The position numbers and the translations under genes are program-made. DNA of 32,000 nt from Massilicoli timonensis (GTDB lineage: Bacteria > Bacillota_I > Bacilli_A > Erysipelotrichales > Erysipelotrichaceae): NCBI RefSeq assembly GCF_900199515.1, contig NZ_LT963434.1:24057-56056 (forward strand), in the 5' to 3' direction. Position 1 is the stretch's first letter. Each line of letters starts with the position of its first letter. A model generated the notes under the pieces. The model saw only the letters and a program-made list of their open reading frames with translations, made no database searches and had not been told where the DNA came from. This document shows, piece by piece, positions 17,323 through 25,920 of this stretch.

Positions 17323-18408
17323 ATGGTAGAAAGTGCGTATCTTCATGTGCCGTTTTGTAAAAGCATCTGTGCATACTGTGATTTCTTTCGCTATGGAAGC
17401 AGTGAAACGCTGCAGGAACAGTGGTTAAAACAGGTGTCTGCAGATCTGGAAGCGTTGGATCTTGCTTCATTAAAGACTTTTTATATCGGCGGCGGCACGC
17501 CCAGCGCTTTATCGCCATCACAGCTGGAACGCTTGCTTGCGGTAATTGCTTCTCGGACACCGCAGTTAGAGGAGTTTACGATGGAAATCAATCCGGACTG
17601 TTTTGATGAAGAAAAGCTGCGCATTTGCATGAAATATGGAATCAATCGTCTTTCGATCGGCGTACAGAGCATGGATGATACGCTGCTACAAGCGATGAAC
17701 CGCCGTCATAATGTGCAAATGGTGCACGAGGTGATCAAATTGTGCAAAGCGCACGGACTGGTGAATCTGTCGATCGATCTGATCTATGCTTTGCCCGATC
17801 AAAGTCTTTCTAAGTGGCAGGAAACTTTGCGGGAAGCGGTTGCATTAGATGTGCCGCATATTTCTCTTTACGCACTCAGCATTGAACCAAACAGCCTGTA
17901 TGGCAGAAAGCAGGTGCAGAAAGCCGATGATGAACTGGAAGCGGATGAATATGAATGGGCGATCGCTTTTTTAACGGAACACGGCTATCGGCAATACGAA
18001 GTATCCAACTTTGCCAAAGCCGGTTATGAAAGCAGACATAATCTGGCTTATTGGCACTATGATGATTTTTATGGAATCGGATGCGGCGCCAGTGGGAAAG
18101 AAAAACATATCCGTTATGATAATGAGCGAAATCTGATGGCATATCTGAAAGGAATGCGGGCAAAAGAAACGATCACATTAAGCAAAGAAGAGGAAATGTT
18201 TGAATTTTTGATGATGGGCTTACGCTTGTGTGACGGCATTTCTTTGTCAGTGTTTGAAAATCGCTTTGCCTGTTCTTTTTTCGATGTGTATCAAGAAGCA
18301 TATGCAAAGCTGTCGGCACAAGGACTGCTGGTAAATGAAGGGGATCGGATCAAGACCACACCACAGGGATTACATCTATTACATGAAGTGCTGTTGGCAC
18401 TCATGTAA
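17323..18408 (+). CDS. hemW: Radical SAM heme chaperone HemW (HemN-like)
   Basis: YLHVPFCKSICAYCDF contains the CxxxCxxC radical-SAM motif, and the protein also has GGGTPS. The 361-aa length fits. The RBS AAGGAGGG lies 6 nt upstream. The position after lepA matches Bacillus. Confidence 0.9.
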   Translation: MVESAYLHVPFCKSICAYCDFFRYGSSETLQEQWLKQVSADLEALDLASLKTFYIGGGTPSALSPSQLERLLAVIASRTPQLEEFTMEINPDCFDEEKLRICMKYGINRLSIGVQSMDDTLLQAMNRRHNVQMVHEVIKLCKAHGLVNLSIDLIYALPDQSLSKWQETLREAVALDVPHISLYALSIEPNSLYGRKQVQKADDELEADEYEWAIAFLTEHGYRQYEVSNFAKAGYESRHNLAYWHYDDFYGIGCGASGKEKHIRYDNERNLMAYLKGMRAKETITLSKEEEMFEFLMMGLRLCDGISLSVFENRFACSFFDVYQEAYAKLSAQGLLVNEGDRIKTTPQGLHLLHEVLLALM

Positions 18409-18485
18409 AAAACGCATCAGCGCAAAGAACTTCTGTACGTGAATGCGCTTATTTCAGTTTGCCGAATAAAAGCAGATCATAGAAG

Positions 18486-18510
18486 ATGCCGTTTTTACAG
18501 ACGGCATTTT
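18486..18510 (+). terminator. Weak hairpin terminator after hemW
   Basis: The stem atgccgt / acggcat (18486-18492 / 18501-18507) is followed by only a short T-run (ttt). Confidence 0.4.
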
Positions 18511-18544
18511 AAGGTGTTTTCCTGTTTGAAATGATGGTGCAGCA
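18491..18544. repeat. 54-bp direct repeat, copy 1 (left flank of the TA cassette)
   Basis: gtttttacagacggcattttaaggtgttttcctgtttgaaatgatggtgcagca matches 19496-19549 at 51 of 54 positions. Confidence 0.95.
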
Positions 18545-18639
18545 CCAGAAATGAACTGTCAAGGACTTTTGATCAAGCTCATAAAGATCTACGACCTTAC
18601 GTTCTGTGCTGTTGCAAAAAATAACTACAACGACTTACA

Positions 18640-18668
18640 TTGATTTTTTTAGTCTTTCTGCGTATAAT
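18640..18668 (+). promoter_or_regulatory. Candidate sigma-A promoter of the toxin-antitoxin operon
   Basis: TTGATT (18640-18645), a 17-nt spacer, then TATAAT (18663-18668). Confidence 0.55.
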
Positions 18669-18670
18669 GG

Positions 18671-18688
18671 AAGTAGGGAAAGTAGGGA
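18671..18688 (+). promoter_or_regulatory. Tandem 9-bp direct repeat AAGTAGGGA x2, candidate operator
   Basis: Two perfect adjacent copies (18671-18679 and 18680-18688) start 3 nt after the -10 hexamer. Confidence 0.35.
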
Positions 18689-18720
18689 TTTCCATATTTC
18701 TAGAAAGGTGGTGCAGACCT

Positions 18721-18996
18721 ATGTTAACAAAAACGTTTGTGGACAATGCCAAAGTTATGGCAAAAGGACAGATCACGATCCCGAAAGATGTTCGTGCCGT
18801 TCTCGGTGTAGCAAGCGGCGACAGAGTTACTTTTGTGGTGGAAGGAAACTCTGTCCGTATCGTTAATTCTGCTGTGTACGCCATGCAAATGCTTCAGCAG
18901 GAAATGGTTAACGATGCAGAACGTACCGGATTGACTTCGGAAGATGATGTGATGGCGCTAGTCAAAGAATTGCGCAGCGAGGATGAAAAGGAATGA
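18721..18996 (+). CDS. AbrB/MazE/SpoVT-type antitoxin
   Basis: AKGQITIPKDVRAVLGVASGDRVTFVVEGNSVRI is a SpoVT-AbrB swapped-hairpin signature. The product is 91 aa. The RBS GAAAGGTGGTG precedes the ATG at 18721. The stop overlaps the toxin start. Confidence 0.8.
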   Translation: MLTKTFVDNAKVMAKGQITIPKDVRAVLGVASGDRVTFVVEGNSVRIVNSAVYAMQMLQQEMVNDAERTGLTSEDDVMALVKELRSEDEKE

Positions 18997-19424
18997 GGGT
19001 TTTGATAGATACCAACGTTCTTATTTCTGCGGCATTAAGCGCTAATGGAAAACCGTTTCAGGCGTATGTAAAAGCAACCTCACATCCCAATCATGGTCTA
19101 ATCTGTGAACAGAACGTGGATGAAATGAAACGGATCTTCAACAAGAAATTCCCAAACCGCCTCGCAGCTCTGGATAGGTTTCTTTCGTTAGCTTTGTTGA
19201 CTTTAGAATTAGTTTCAGTTCCAACAGATGAAAACGTGTCGGAAATGCAGATCCGGGATGTAAATGACCGTCCCATCCTGCGGGCAGCGATTGCGGCAAA
19301 AGCCGATGTTCTTCTTACCGGTGATAAGGATTTTTTAGAGTCTGGCGTGAAAAATCCAGCAATTATGACACCGGCAGAATTTTTGAATGATTGTTTCATT
19401 GAAAAAGCAGCGGATCGAGAGTGA
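18993..19424 (+). CDS. PIN-domain toxin (VapC-like ribonuclease)
   Basis: MRVLIDTNVLISA carries the first acidic residue. DRPILRAAIAAKADVLLTGDKDF is a typical PIN C-terminal motif. The 143-aa ORF overlaps the antitoxin by ATGA (18993-18996). Confidence 0.8.
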   Translation: MRVLIDTNVLISAALSANGKPFQAYVKATSHPNHGLICEQNVDEMKRIFNKKFPNRLAALDRFLSLALLTLELVSVPTDENVSEMQIRDVNDRPILRAAIAAKADVLLTGDKDFLESGVKNPAIMTPAEFLNDCFIEKAADRE

Positions 19425-19495
19425 AAAACTCCCGACCCGCTGTATTTACTTCTGTGATACAGTACATGTTTGATTTTATCACACATAGTTTCGGT

Positions 19496-19549
19496 GTTTT
19501 TACAGACGGCATTTTAAGGTGCCTTCCTGTTTGAAATGATTGTGCAGCA
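19496..19549. repeat. 54-bp direct repeat, copy 2 (right flank of the TA cassette)
   Basis: gtttttacagacggcattttaaggtgccttcctgtttgaaatgattgtgcagca. It has 3 mismatches to copy 1 and lies 1005 bp downstream of it. Confidence 0.95.
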
Positions 19550-19655
19550 GCACTTTTTGAGATGCGATATTTGGCGAAAATTCATCGGCGCTGATGCGAG
19601 TGATCGAAAGAAGCGCAAATGCTTCGATACAAATCTGGCGGACGGCTTCGCTCAT
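19500..19655 (-). pseudogene. Possible remnant of a TetR-type regulator (N-terminal HTH region only, 51 codons)
   Basis: The minus-strand ORF reads MSEAVRQICIEAFALLSITRISADEFSPNIASQKVLLHNHFKQEGTLKCRL. The ...ISxDEF...LLxxHFKxExxL pattern loosely resembles a TetR HTH. Its last 16 codons lie inside repeat copy 2. The support is weak. Confidence 0.25.
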
Positions 19656-19741
19656 GATGCCGCGGTTTTTATCGTTACCTCTTTCCTGATTTGTCTATTA
19701 TTATAGTATGCGGAAGAGGAACAAAAGGTTTCAAAAAGCTA

Positions 19742-19770
19742 TTGCATTTTAAGATGGTCTATTGTAGAAT
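19742..19770 (+). promoter_or_regulatory. Candidate sigma-A promoter of rpsO
   Basis: TTGCAT (19742-19747), a 17-nt spacer, then TAGAAT (19765-19770), preceded by TG. Confidence 0.55.
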
Positions 19771-19853
19771 ATAGAAGATTTCTTACTGGGGGCTTGGCTC
19801 CCTTCGACCGGTTGCTCGGTAAGAAACGACTATTGAACAGGAGGAAAAAGAAA

Positions 19854-20120
19854 ATGTTATTAAAAGCTGAAAAACAGGCAATCATGAAAGAGTACGCGCG
19901 TTTTGAAGGCGATACCGGTTCTGTTGAAGTACAGGTTGCGGTCTTAACTGCACAGATCAACCGTCTGACTGAACACATGAAAGAACACAAACACGATTAT
20001 CATTCACAGCGCGGTCTGATGAAGATGGTCGGACGTCGTCGTAATCTGTTAGCGTACTTAAAAAGAAACGACTTGAATCGTTACCGTGAGCTGATCGCTC
20101 GTTTAGGTCTGCGTAAATAG
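19854..20120 (+). CDS. rpsO: 30S ribosomal protein S15
   Basis: [64 protein letters not shown] is canonical S15. AGGAGG lies 9 nt before the ATG at 19854. The track ORF start at 19794 lies in the leader. Confidence 0.95.
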   Translation: MLLKAEKQAIMKEYARFEGDTGSVEVQVAVLTAQINRLTEHMKEHKHDYHSQRGLMKMVGRRRNLLAYLKRNDLNRYRELIARLGLRK

Positions 20121-20130
20121 TTGGTTTCCT

Positions 20131-20155
20131 AAAGCTCCCATCAGGGAGTTTTTTT
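20131..20155 (+). terminator. Rho-independent terminator/attenuator between rpsO and pnp
   Basis: The stem ctccc / gggag, with flanking A/U pairs, is followed by a 7-nt T-run (20149-20155). Confidence 0.7.
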
Positions 20156-20271
20156 GTATCAAAGCGTAATTTTTAGGAAAATGCGCAGCGCATGATCAAG
20201 GAAAAAGGCATGACAGACAGACCGGGTTTTAGAATATTTAGAAGACAAAGTGTGTAAAATCAATATTTTTA

Positions 20272-20301
20272 TTACCAATTAGAGCGGTTGTGTGGTATGA
20301 T
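20272..20301 (+). promoter_or_regulatory. Candidate promoter of pnp
   Basis: TTACCA, an 18-nt spacer, then TATGAT with an extended -10 (TGgTATGAT). Confidence 0.4.
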
Positions 20302-20335
20302 AATACAGACGTAAATTAAAAAAGAAGATGATGAG

Positions 20336-22528
20336 GTGAATAAGTTGGCTAAACAAGTATTTTCGATGGATTTTTGTGGTCGTACGCTTACCGTAGAAAC
20401 AGGCGAGATCGCAAAACAAGCGGGCGGCAGCGCATTGGTGCGTTATAACGACACCGTGGTCTTATCGACTGCGACCGCAAGCAAGCAGGCAAAGGAAGGA
20501 ATTGATTTCTTTCCGCTGACCGTAACTTTTGAAGAGAAATTATATTCGGTAGGAAAGATCCCGGGCGGCTTTTTGAGAAGAGAAGGCAGACCGAGCGAGC
20601 ATGCGACCTTATCGGCGCGTATGATCGACCGTCCGATTCGTCCGCTTTTCGCGGATGGTTTTCGCAATGAGGTGCAGGTGGTCAATACCGTTTTATCAGT
20701 AGAGCAGGACTGTGACCCGGCGATGACGGCAATGCTGGGCGCTTCTTTGGCGCTGTGCTTATCGGATATTCCATTCAATGGACCGATTGCCGGTGTGATC
20801 GTAGGTCGGGTCGATGGCGAATATGTCATCAATCCATCGCAGGAGCAGATGGAGCGCACGGATATCGTATTGCACGTTGCCGGTACGAAATATGCGGTAA
20901 ACATGGTAGAAGCCGGTGCGAAAGAAGTCAGTGAGGAAGCGATGCTGGGTGCGATCTTGTTCGGACATGAACATATTAAAAAGCTGGTGGCATTTCAGGA
21001 AGAAATCGTGGCGGCTGCCGGTAAGGCAAAACGGCAGATCGAATTATATGAGATTCCTGCCGCATTGAATGAAGAAGTGCGCGCACTCGTGCAGGAACGC
21101 ATGGTCAAAGCAGTACAGATTCATGAAAAACTGGAACGCTATGATGCGATCGACGCATTGGAAGCGGAAATGGTGGAACATTATGAAGCCAAAGAATATG
21201 AAAGTGAAAAGAGCAAAGCACAGACGATCAAGTTTGTAAAAGAGATCTGTCATGATATTACCAAGGAAGAAGTACGCCGCTTGATCACGGTTGAGAAGGT
21301 TCGTCCGGACGGCCGTAAGCTGGATGAAATTCGTCCGTTGGATTCACAGGTCGATATTTTGCCTAGAGTGCATGGTTCGGCATTGTTTACACGCGGAGAA
21401 ACACAGGTGCTTTCCGTATGTACTTTAGGACCGTTAAACGATAATCAGATCATTGACGATGTAACGGAAGTAGAATCCAAACGTTTTATGCATCACTATA
21501 ACTTCCCGCCGTATTCGGTAGGAGAGACCGGACGCATGGGATCTCCGGGACGTCGTGAGATCGGACACGGCGCATTGGGAGAACGCGCACTGTCGCAGGT
21601 CATTCCTAGCGTAGAACGCTTCCCTTATACGATCCGTCTGGTAGCGGAAGTATTAGAATCAAACGGTTCTTCCTCTCAGGCTTCCATCTGCGCGGGAACG
21701 ATGGCGCTGATGGCTGCCGGGGTTCCGATCAGTGCGCCGGTTGCGGGCATTGCAATGGGATTGGTAAAGCAGGGTGAACACTATACGATCTTGAGCGATA
21801 TCCAGGGTATGGAAGATCACCTTGGCGATATGGACTTTAAGGTAGCCGGTACGCCGAAGGGCATTACCGCTTTGCAGATGGATATTAAGATCGATGGTCT
21901 GTCCAAAGAAATCTTTGAAGAAGCGTTGGCACAGGCAAAGATCGGCAGAGCGCAGATTTTGGAAAACATGCTTTCTGCGATCAGCGAAGTAAGAAGCGAG
22001 GTCGGACGCTATGCACCGAAGATCCATCAGATGCATATTCCGGTGGATAAGATCCCTGATGTGATCGGTCCTAAGGGCAAGATGATCAATCAGATCATCG
22101 AGGCATGTAATGATGTTCAGATCGATATCGAAGATGATGGTAAAGTGATCATCTATCATATGGACAAAGAACCGATCGAACATGCGGCGGCGATGATCGA
22201 AGATGTGATCAGAGAAGCTAAAGTCGGCGATGTGTTTGAAGGCGAAGTCGTAAGGATCGAAAGCTTTGGTGCGTTCGTACACCTGTTCTCAAGCACAGAT
22301 GGCCTGCTTCATATATCTGAGATTTCACATGAACGTGTGGAAAAGGTAGAAGATGCTTTGAAACTCGGTGATAAGGTGAAGGTCAAAGTAATCAAGATCG
22401 ACAACAAAGGCCGGGTCAATGTATCTGCCAAAGCGCTGTTAAAACGTCCGAAAAAGGAAAAGAAGGCAGAGCCGAAAAAAGAAACAGCAGAAACGACAGT
22501 TTCAGAAGGTGAAGCAAAAGAAGCATAA
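20336..22528 (+). CDS. pnp: Polyribonucleotide nucleotidyltransferase (PNPase)
   Basis: The protein aligns by eye to B. subtilis PnpA along its full length ([65 protein letters not shown], and KH and S1 domains). The start is uncertain: GTG at 20336 or TTG at 20345, where the latter lies 6 nt after GAGGTGA. Confidence 0.95.
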   Translation: MNKLAKQVFSMDFCGRTLTVETGEIAKQAGGSALVRYNDTVVLSTATASKQAKEGIDFFPLTVTFEEKLYSVGKIPGGFLRREGRPSEHATLSARMIDRPIRPLFADGFRNEVQVVNTVLSVEQDCDPAMTAMLGASLALCLSDIPFNGPIAGVIVGRVDGEYVINPSQEQMERTDIVLHVAGTKYAVNMVEAGAKEVSEEAMLGAILFGHEHIKKLVAFQEEIVAAAGKAKRQIELYEIPAALNEEVRALVQERMVKAVQIHEKLERYDAIDALEAEMVEHYEAKEYESEKSKAQTIKFVKEICHDITKEEVRRLITVEKVRPDGRKLDEIRPLDSQVDILPRVHGSALFTRGETQVLSVCTLGPLNDNQIIDDVTEVESKRFMHHYNFPPYSVGETGRMGSPGRREIGHGALGERALSQVIPSVERFPYTIRLVAEVLESNGSSSQASICAGTMALMAAGVPISAPVAGIAMGLVKQGEHYTILSDIQGMEDHLGDMDFKVAGTPKGITALQMDIKIDGLSKEIFEEALAQAKIGRAQILENMLSAISEVRSEVGRYAPKIHQMHIPVDKIPDVIGPKGKMINQIIEACNDVQIDIEDDGKVIIYHMDKEPIEHAAAMIEDVIREAKVGDVFEGEVVRIESFGAFVHLFSSTDGLLHISEISHERVEKVEDALKLGDKVKVKVIKIDNKGRVNVSAKALLKRPKKEKKAEPKKETAETTVSEGEAKEA

Positions 22529-22569
22529 ATAGAAAATAAGCATCTGTTTTGTGAGTATAAGGGAAGAAG

Positions 22570-22603
22570 CTGCTTTTCCCGATCATAAAGCAGGTGCTTT
22601 TCT
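22570..22603 (+). terminator. Possible terminator after pnp
   Basis: The stem ctgcttt / aaagcag (22570-22576 / 22587-22593) is followed by gtgcttttct. Confidence 0.35.
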
Positions 22604-22696
22604 ATGGCAAAAACGATAACTGTCGGCAGTTTTTGCTTTGCGCCGTAGTGAAATACAGGAAAGTGTGGTAGAATAACGTAAAAAGAGGTGAATGAA

Positions 22697-24091
22697 ATGA
22701 ATTGGAAGGAAACAACGGCAGTTTATGAAAACGATCTGATCAAGGATCTACAAAGACTTTTGGCAGTGGAAAGTGTCAAGATGGAAGCAAGACCAAATGC
22801 GCCGTTTGGATTGAAATGCCGAGAGGCGTTGGATGAAATGTTAGCGATGGCGAAGCGTGATGGCTTTGCGACACAGGATATTGACGGCTATGCCGGCGTG
22901 ATCACTTATGGGGAAGGAGAAGAAAGTGTCGGTGTGCTGGGACATTTGGACATCGTGCCGATCGGTGATGGCTGGAGCCGTGATCCTTATGGAAGCGAAC
23001 TGGTGGACGGCGTGTTGTTTGGCAGAGGTGCATTAGATGATAAAGGACCGGGCATGGCAGCCTACTATGCGCTGAAAGCGATCAAGGATGCTGGGATCAA
23101 GTTGAAGCGCAAGGTCATGCTGATCTATGGCTGTGATGAAGAAAGCGGTATGGCGTGCATGAAGTATTACCGTGAACATGGTGAGATCCCGACGATGGGC
23201 TTTGTACCGGATGCCAATTTCCCGCTGATCTACGGAGAAAAAGGTATTTATGTATTTACGTTAAGCGGCAAGGTCAATACGGTGATCCAAACGATGGAGG
23301 CGGGAAGTCGTCCGAATATCGTGATCGGCAAAGCGAATGCTACGGTCCATGCAATGAGCGAAGAACAGGAACGATTATTTTCTTTTTATTTGAAGAGCCA
23401 TCAGTTAAATGGGAATTTGCGGCGTGAAGCAGACGGCAGCGTACGTATTTATATGGAAGGCAAGCCTTTCCATGCAATGGCGCCTTTTCACGGCGTCAAT
23501 GCCGGCCTGCACTTGTTGAATTTCATCGGAGCGGCTTATGATGACGCGTTCGCAAGAGCAATTTATGCGCTCTTCGGCGATTGGCAGGGAAGCGGTTTGG
23601 GAATTGCGGCAGAAGGTGCGCGCATGGGCTTTCTGACGCTGAATACCGGGGTGATCGAGATCAAAGAAGGACAGGTCAAGATCGTCAATGATATCCGTTA
23701 TCCGATCGATGTCGATGCCGTACAGATGAAAGCGCAGATCGCAAAACAGATAGAGGCAGGCACGCTTGCATTGACACTTGCAGTATCAAATGATTCTGCA
23801 CCGCTTTACGTCGATCCAAAATCGGAACTGGTATCGACTTTAGAAGCGATCTATCGCAAGCACAGCGGTGATGAAACGACCCCGATCATGACGATCGGCG
23901 GCGGCACTTATGCCCGCAATTTCGATCAGTTTGTGGCATATGGACCGGAACTGCCAAACATGAATCAAAATGTGAATATGAAGATCGGTGGACCACATCA
24001 GGAAGATGAAGGGATCCAGATCAGCGATCTGATGATGGCGATGGCGATCTATGCGGAAAGCATTGCCGCACTGGCAGGAGAAACAGCATGA
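22697..24091 (+). CDS. pepV: M20-family dipeptidase PepV
   Basis: GHLDIVPIGDGWSRDPYG, GRGALDDKGP, GCDEESG and FPLIYGEKG match PepV-type dipeptidases. The RBS AAGAGGTGA lies 6 nt before the ATG at 22697. Confidence 0.85.
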   Translation: MNWKETTAVYENDLIKDLQRLLAVESVKMEARPNAPFGLKCREALDEMLAMAKRDGFATQDIDGYAGVITYGEGEESVGVLGHLDIVPIGDGWSRDPYGSELVDGVLFGRGALDDKGPGMAAYYALKAIKDAGIKLKRKVMLIYGCDEESGMACMKYYREHGEIPTMGFVPDANFPLIYGEKGIYVFTLSGKVNTVIQTMEAGSRPNIVIGKANATVHAMSEEQERLFSFYLKSHQLNGNLRREADGSVRIYMEGKPFHAMAPFHGVNAGLHLLNFIGAAYDDAFARAIYALFGDWQGSGLGIAAEGARMGFLTLNTGVIEIKEGQVKIVNDIRYPIDVDAVQMKAQIAKQIEAGTLALTLAVSNDSAPLYVDPKSELVSTLEAIYRKHSGDETTPIMTIGGGTYARNFDQFVAYGPELPNMNQNVNMKIGGPHQEDEGIQISDLMMAMAIYAESIAALAGETA

Positions 24092-24741
24092 GAATGCGGC
24101 GGTTGAAGTGGGCACATGATTTCTTAGAGCAGCAGCCGCACTTGATCAAAGAACCGGAAACGATGAAAGGAAAATGGAAGCAGCTCTTAAACAAAGAAAC
24201 ACTGCATGTGGAAATCGGCTGCGGGAAAGGTGATTACTGGGTGCAGATGGGGAAACGTTACAGCGAAAGCGGCTGGATCGGTATCGAAAAAAACGAAAGC
24301 GCCGCTGCTTTGGCAATGCGCAATTATGTGAATCAGGGAGAAGAATCGCATATGCGATTCATATATGGCGATGCGGCTACTATCACCGAATGGTTTGCCC
24401 CGAAAGAAGTCGATGTGATCCATCTCAACTTTTCGGATCCGTGGCCCAAGACCCGCAATCATAAAAGGAGATTGTCGCATGCCGGCTTTTTAACAAAATA
24501 CAAGCAGATCTTAAACAGCGAGGGACAGATCATTATGAAAACCGATAACAGCGATCTGTTTGAGTTTTCACTGTTACAATTTCAAAATGAGGGCTTTTGC
24601 TTAGCGGATGTCAGTGTGGATTTTCGCAGAGCAATTCATGAAGAAGATGTTATTACCGAATATGAGCGCCGCTTTATGGAAAAGGGACAGCCGATCTACC
24701 GGGCGGTGTTTCAATTACGGCAGCAGGGATCACTTGATTAA
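24088..24741 (+). CDS. trmB: tRNA (guanine46-N7)-methyltransferase
   Basis: EIGCGKGDY (SAM loop), NFSDPWPKTRNHKRRL and TDN are TrmB signatures. The start overlaps the pepV stop (ATGA). Confidence 0.9.
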   Translation: MRMRRLKWAHDFLEQQPHLIKEPETMKGKWKQLLNKETLHVEIGCGKGDYWVQMGKRYSESGWIGIEKNESAAALAMRNYVNQGEESHMRFIYGDAATITEWFAPKEVDVIHLNFSDPWPKTRNHKRRLSHAGFLTKYKQILNSEGQIIMKTDNSDLFEFSLLQFQNEGFCLADVSVDFRRAIHEEDVITEYERRFMEKGQPIYRAVFQLRQQGSLD

Positions 24742-24755
24742 GGTGGTCCTTTTTT
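24727..24755 (+). terminator. Rho-independent terminator of trmB
   Basis: The stem ggatcac / gtggtcc (one G-U pair) spans the stop codon and is followed by a 6-nt T-run (24750-24755). Confidence 0.6.
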
Positions 24756-24823
24756 ATCAGGAAAAGAAAATGATGAAAAAAAGTTATTTTCTTTCATTTT
24801 TATGATAATTTCTTTGCAAATAA

Positions 24824-24832
24824 TGGTATAAT
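24824..24832 (+). promoter_or_regulatory. Extended -10 promoter candidate for the lipoprotein-to-murC operon
   Basis: TGgTATAAT at 24824-24832. There is no good -35. Confidence 0.4.
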
Positions 24833-24865
24833 GATTTCGTATATGTTGCGGACGGTGATATTGGA

Positions 24866-25567
24866 ATGTGGTCTAAAAAAGTGATCGCGGTGCTGCTTGT
24901 ACTGTTGTTGAGCGGATGTGCGAAAGCGGAAACGATGGAAAAACAGATTCGCTTTGCCCTCAATCAGGCAAAAGAGGATCCTTATCCTGCGATCAATCAA
25001 CAAAAACAATATTACGGCTACTATCTGCCGCCGGACATCGGGCGAAGAAAGAGTACGCTTTTCAGTGAGGTGCTGGTAAAGGACGGTTATACGATCGTTA
25101 TGAATTTCAAAAGCCGTGCGGTAATCGAAGCGGCGACTTCCTCCTCGCAAAGGGAAGCACAAGAGGTGGAACAGGAAGTGCTGAAAGAACTGCTCGGTCA
25201 TGCGAGCTATGAAACGATCGAAGGCGGCTATGCTTTTTCGGGGTACTACCAGATGCTGGACGGCTTCGTTTATCCTTTTACCTGTAAGGTATTGGAAAAT
25301 GATGCGGATACAGTGGCGATCGCACTTGAAACGCAGTATATGGATGGCTTTACGATCGTAGACAGATCTTGTGCCGATCAATATGCCAGAGTCATGTTAA
25401 AGATGGCGGGTGCATTGAAAATAGAAGAAGAACGGTTACTTGCGGATTTTTCTTTATATGACGCGTATCGAAGTGATGAAGAAAGCGATGTGCAGATGCG
25501 GGATACCTTTGATGAAGAAGGCTATCTGATCGATTTTGATCATCGTGAAACCGACACGCCGGATTAG
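24866..25567 (+). CDS. Lipoprotein of unknown function
   Basis: The signal peptide has a lipobox: MWSKKVIAVLLVLLLSGC/AKAE. The product is 233 aa with an acidic C-terminus, and I recognise no domain. Confidence 0.7.
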   Translation: MWSKKVIAVLLVLLLSGCAKAETMEKQIRFALNQAKEDPYPAINQQKQYYGYYLPPDIGRRKSTLFSEVLVKDGYTIVMNFKSRAVIEAATSSSQREAQEVEQEVLKELLGHASYETIEGGYAFSGYYQMLDGFVYPFTCKVLENDADTVAIALETQYMDGFTIVDRSCADQYARVMLKMAGALKIEEERLLADFSLYDAYRSDEESDVQMRDTFDEEGYLIDFDHRETDTPD

Positions 25568-25572
25568 GAGGA

Positions 25573-25920
25573 ATGATGAAATTGAAAGCATTTACGGAAT
25601 ATATGCCGGCATTAACGAAGGAAACACAGTTTGAAACGCTGTGTGAAAAGCAAGGGATCCAGGTGTTTTTGTTTTCTGCGGACTGGTGTCCTGATTGTGT
25701 GTTCTTAAAGACATTTATGGAAGAACTTGTCGCCGAGTGGAAGCAGATCGAGTTTGTTTATGTGAACCGTGATCAGTTTCCATCGCTGTGTGAGCGGCTG
25801 GCAGTTTTAGGGATCCCGAGCTTTATCGCTTATCGCGATGGGAAAGAGTGTGCGCGTTTGGTCTCCGCTTTACGTAAGAGCAGAGCGGAAGTCGAAGCGT
25901 TTTTAGGAGGTTTGGCATGA
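25573..25920 (+). CDS. Thioredoxin-family protein (YtpP-like)
   Basis: WCPDC active-site motif, a cis-Pro region GIPSFI, and a length of about 115 aa. The synteny with ytpR and murC matches B. subtilis ytpP. The start is 25573 or 25576. Confidence 0.8.
   Translation: MMKLKAFTEYMPALTKETQFETLCEKQGIQVFLFSADWCPDCVFLKTFMEELVAEWKQIEFVYVNRDQFPSLCERLAVLGIPSFIAYRDGKECARLVSALRKSRAEVEAFLGGLA

Noticed and set aside
17096-17560. 154-aa minus-strand ORF spanning the Fic-like/hemW junction
   Set aside because: It is antisense to two well-supported genes, has a low-complexity A/S/P/R-rich composition, and has no start signals.
18597-18884. Overlapping ORFs 18597-18884 (minus), 18606-18866 (plus) and the 18640 start of the antitoxin ORF
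   Set aside because: They cover the TA promoter and operator region. Only the frame starting at the ATG at 18721, which has a good RBS, yields the AbrB/SpoVT signature.
19453-19483. Hairpin tgtgata/tatcaca after the PIN gene as a TA-operon terminator
   Set aside because: The 7-bp AT-rich stem has a 17-nt loop and no adjacent U-run. I do not consider it convincing enough to list as a feature.
19091-19486. 131-aa minus-strand ORF opposite the PIN toxin gene
   Set aside because: It is antisense to a motif-supported gene and has no signals of its own.
18491-19549. The pair of 54-bp direct repeats as a possible CRISPR or other repeat array
   Set aside because: There are only two copies, 1 kb apart, and they enclose protein-coding cargo. 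There is no repeat-spacer periodicity and there are no cas genes.
21659-22282. 207-aa minus-strand ORF inside pnp. Similar antisense ORFs lie at 20443-20904, 24800-25381, 13929-14315, 15465-15779 and 28905-29216.
   Set aside because: Each lies wholly inside and antisense to a gene with strong homology-type evidence. Their compositions are typical of antisense frames (H/R/F/D-rich), and no motifs are recognised.
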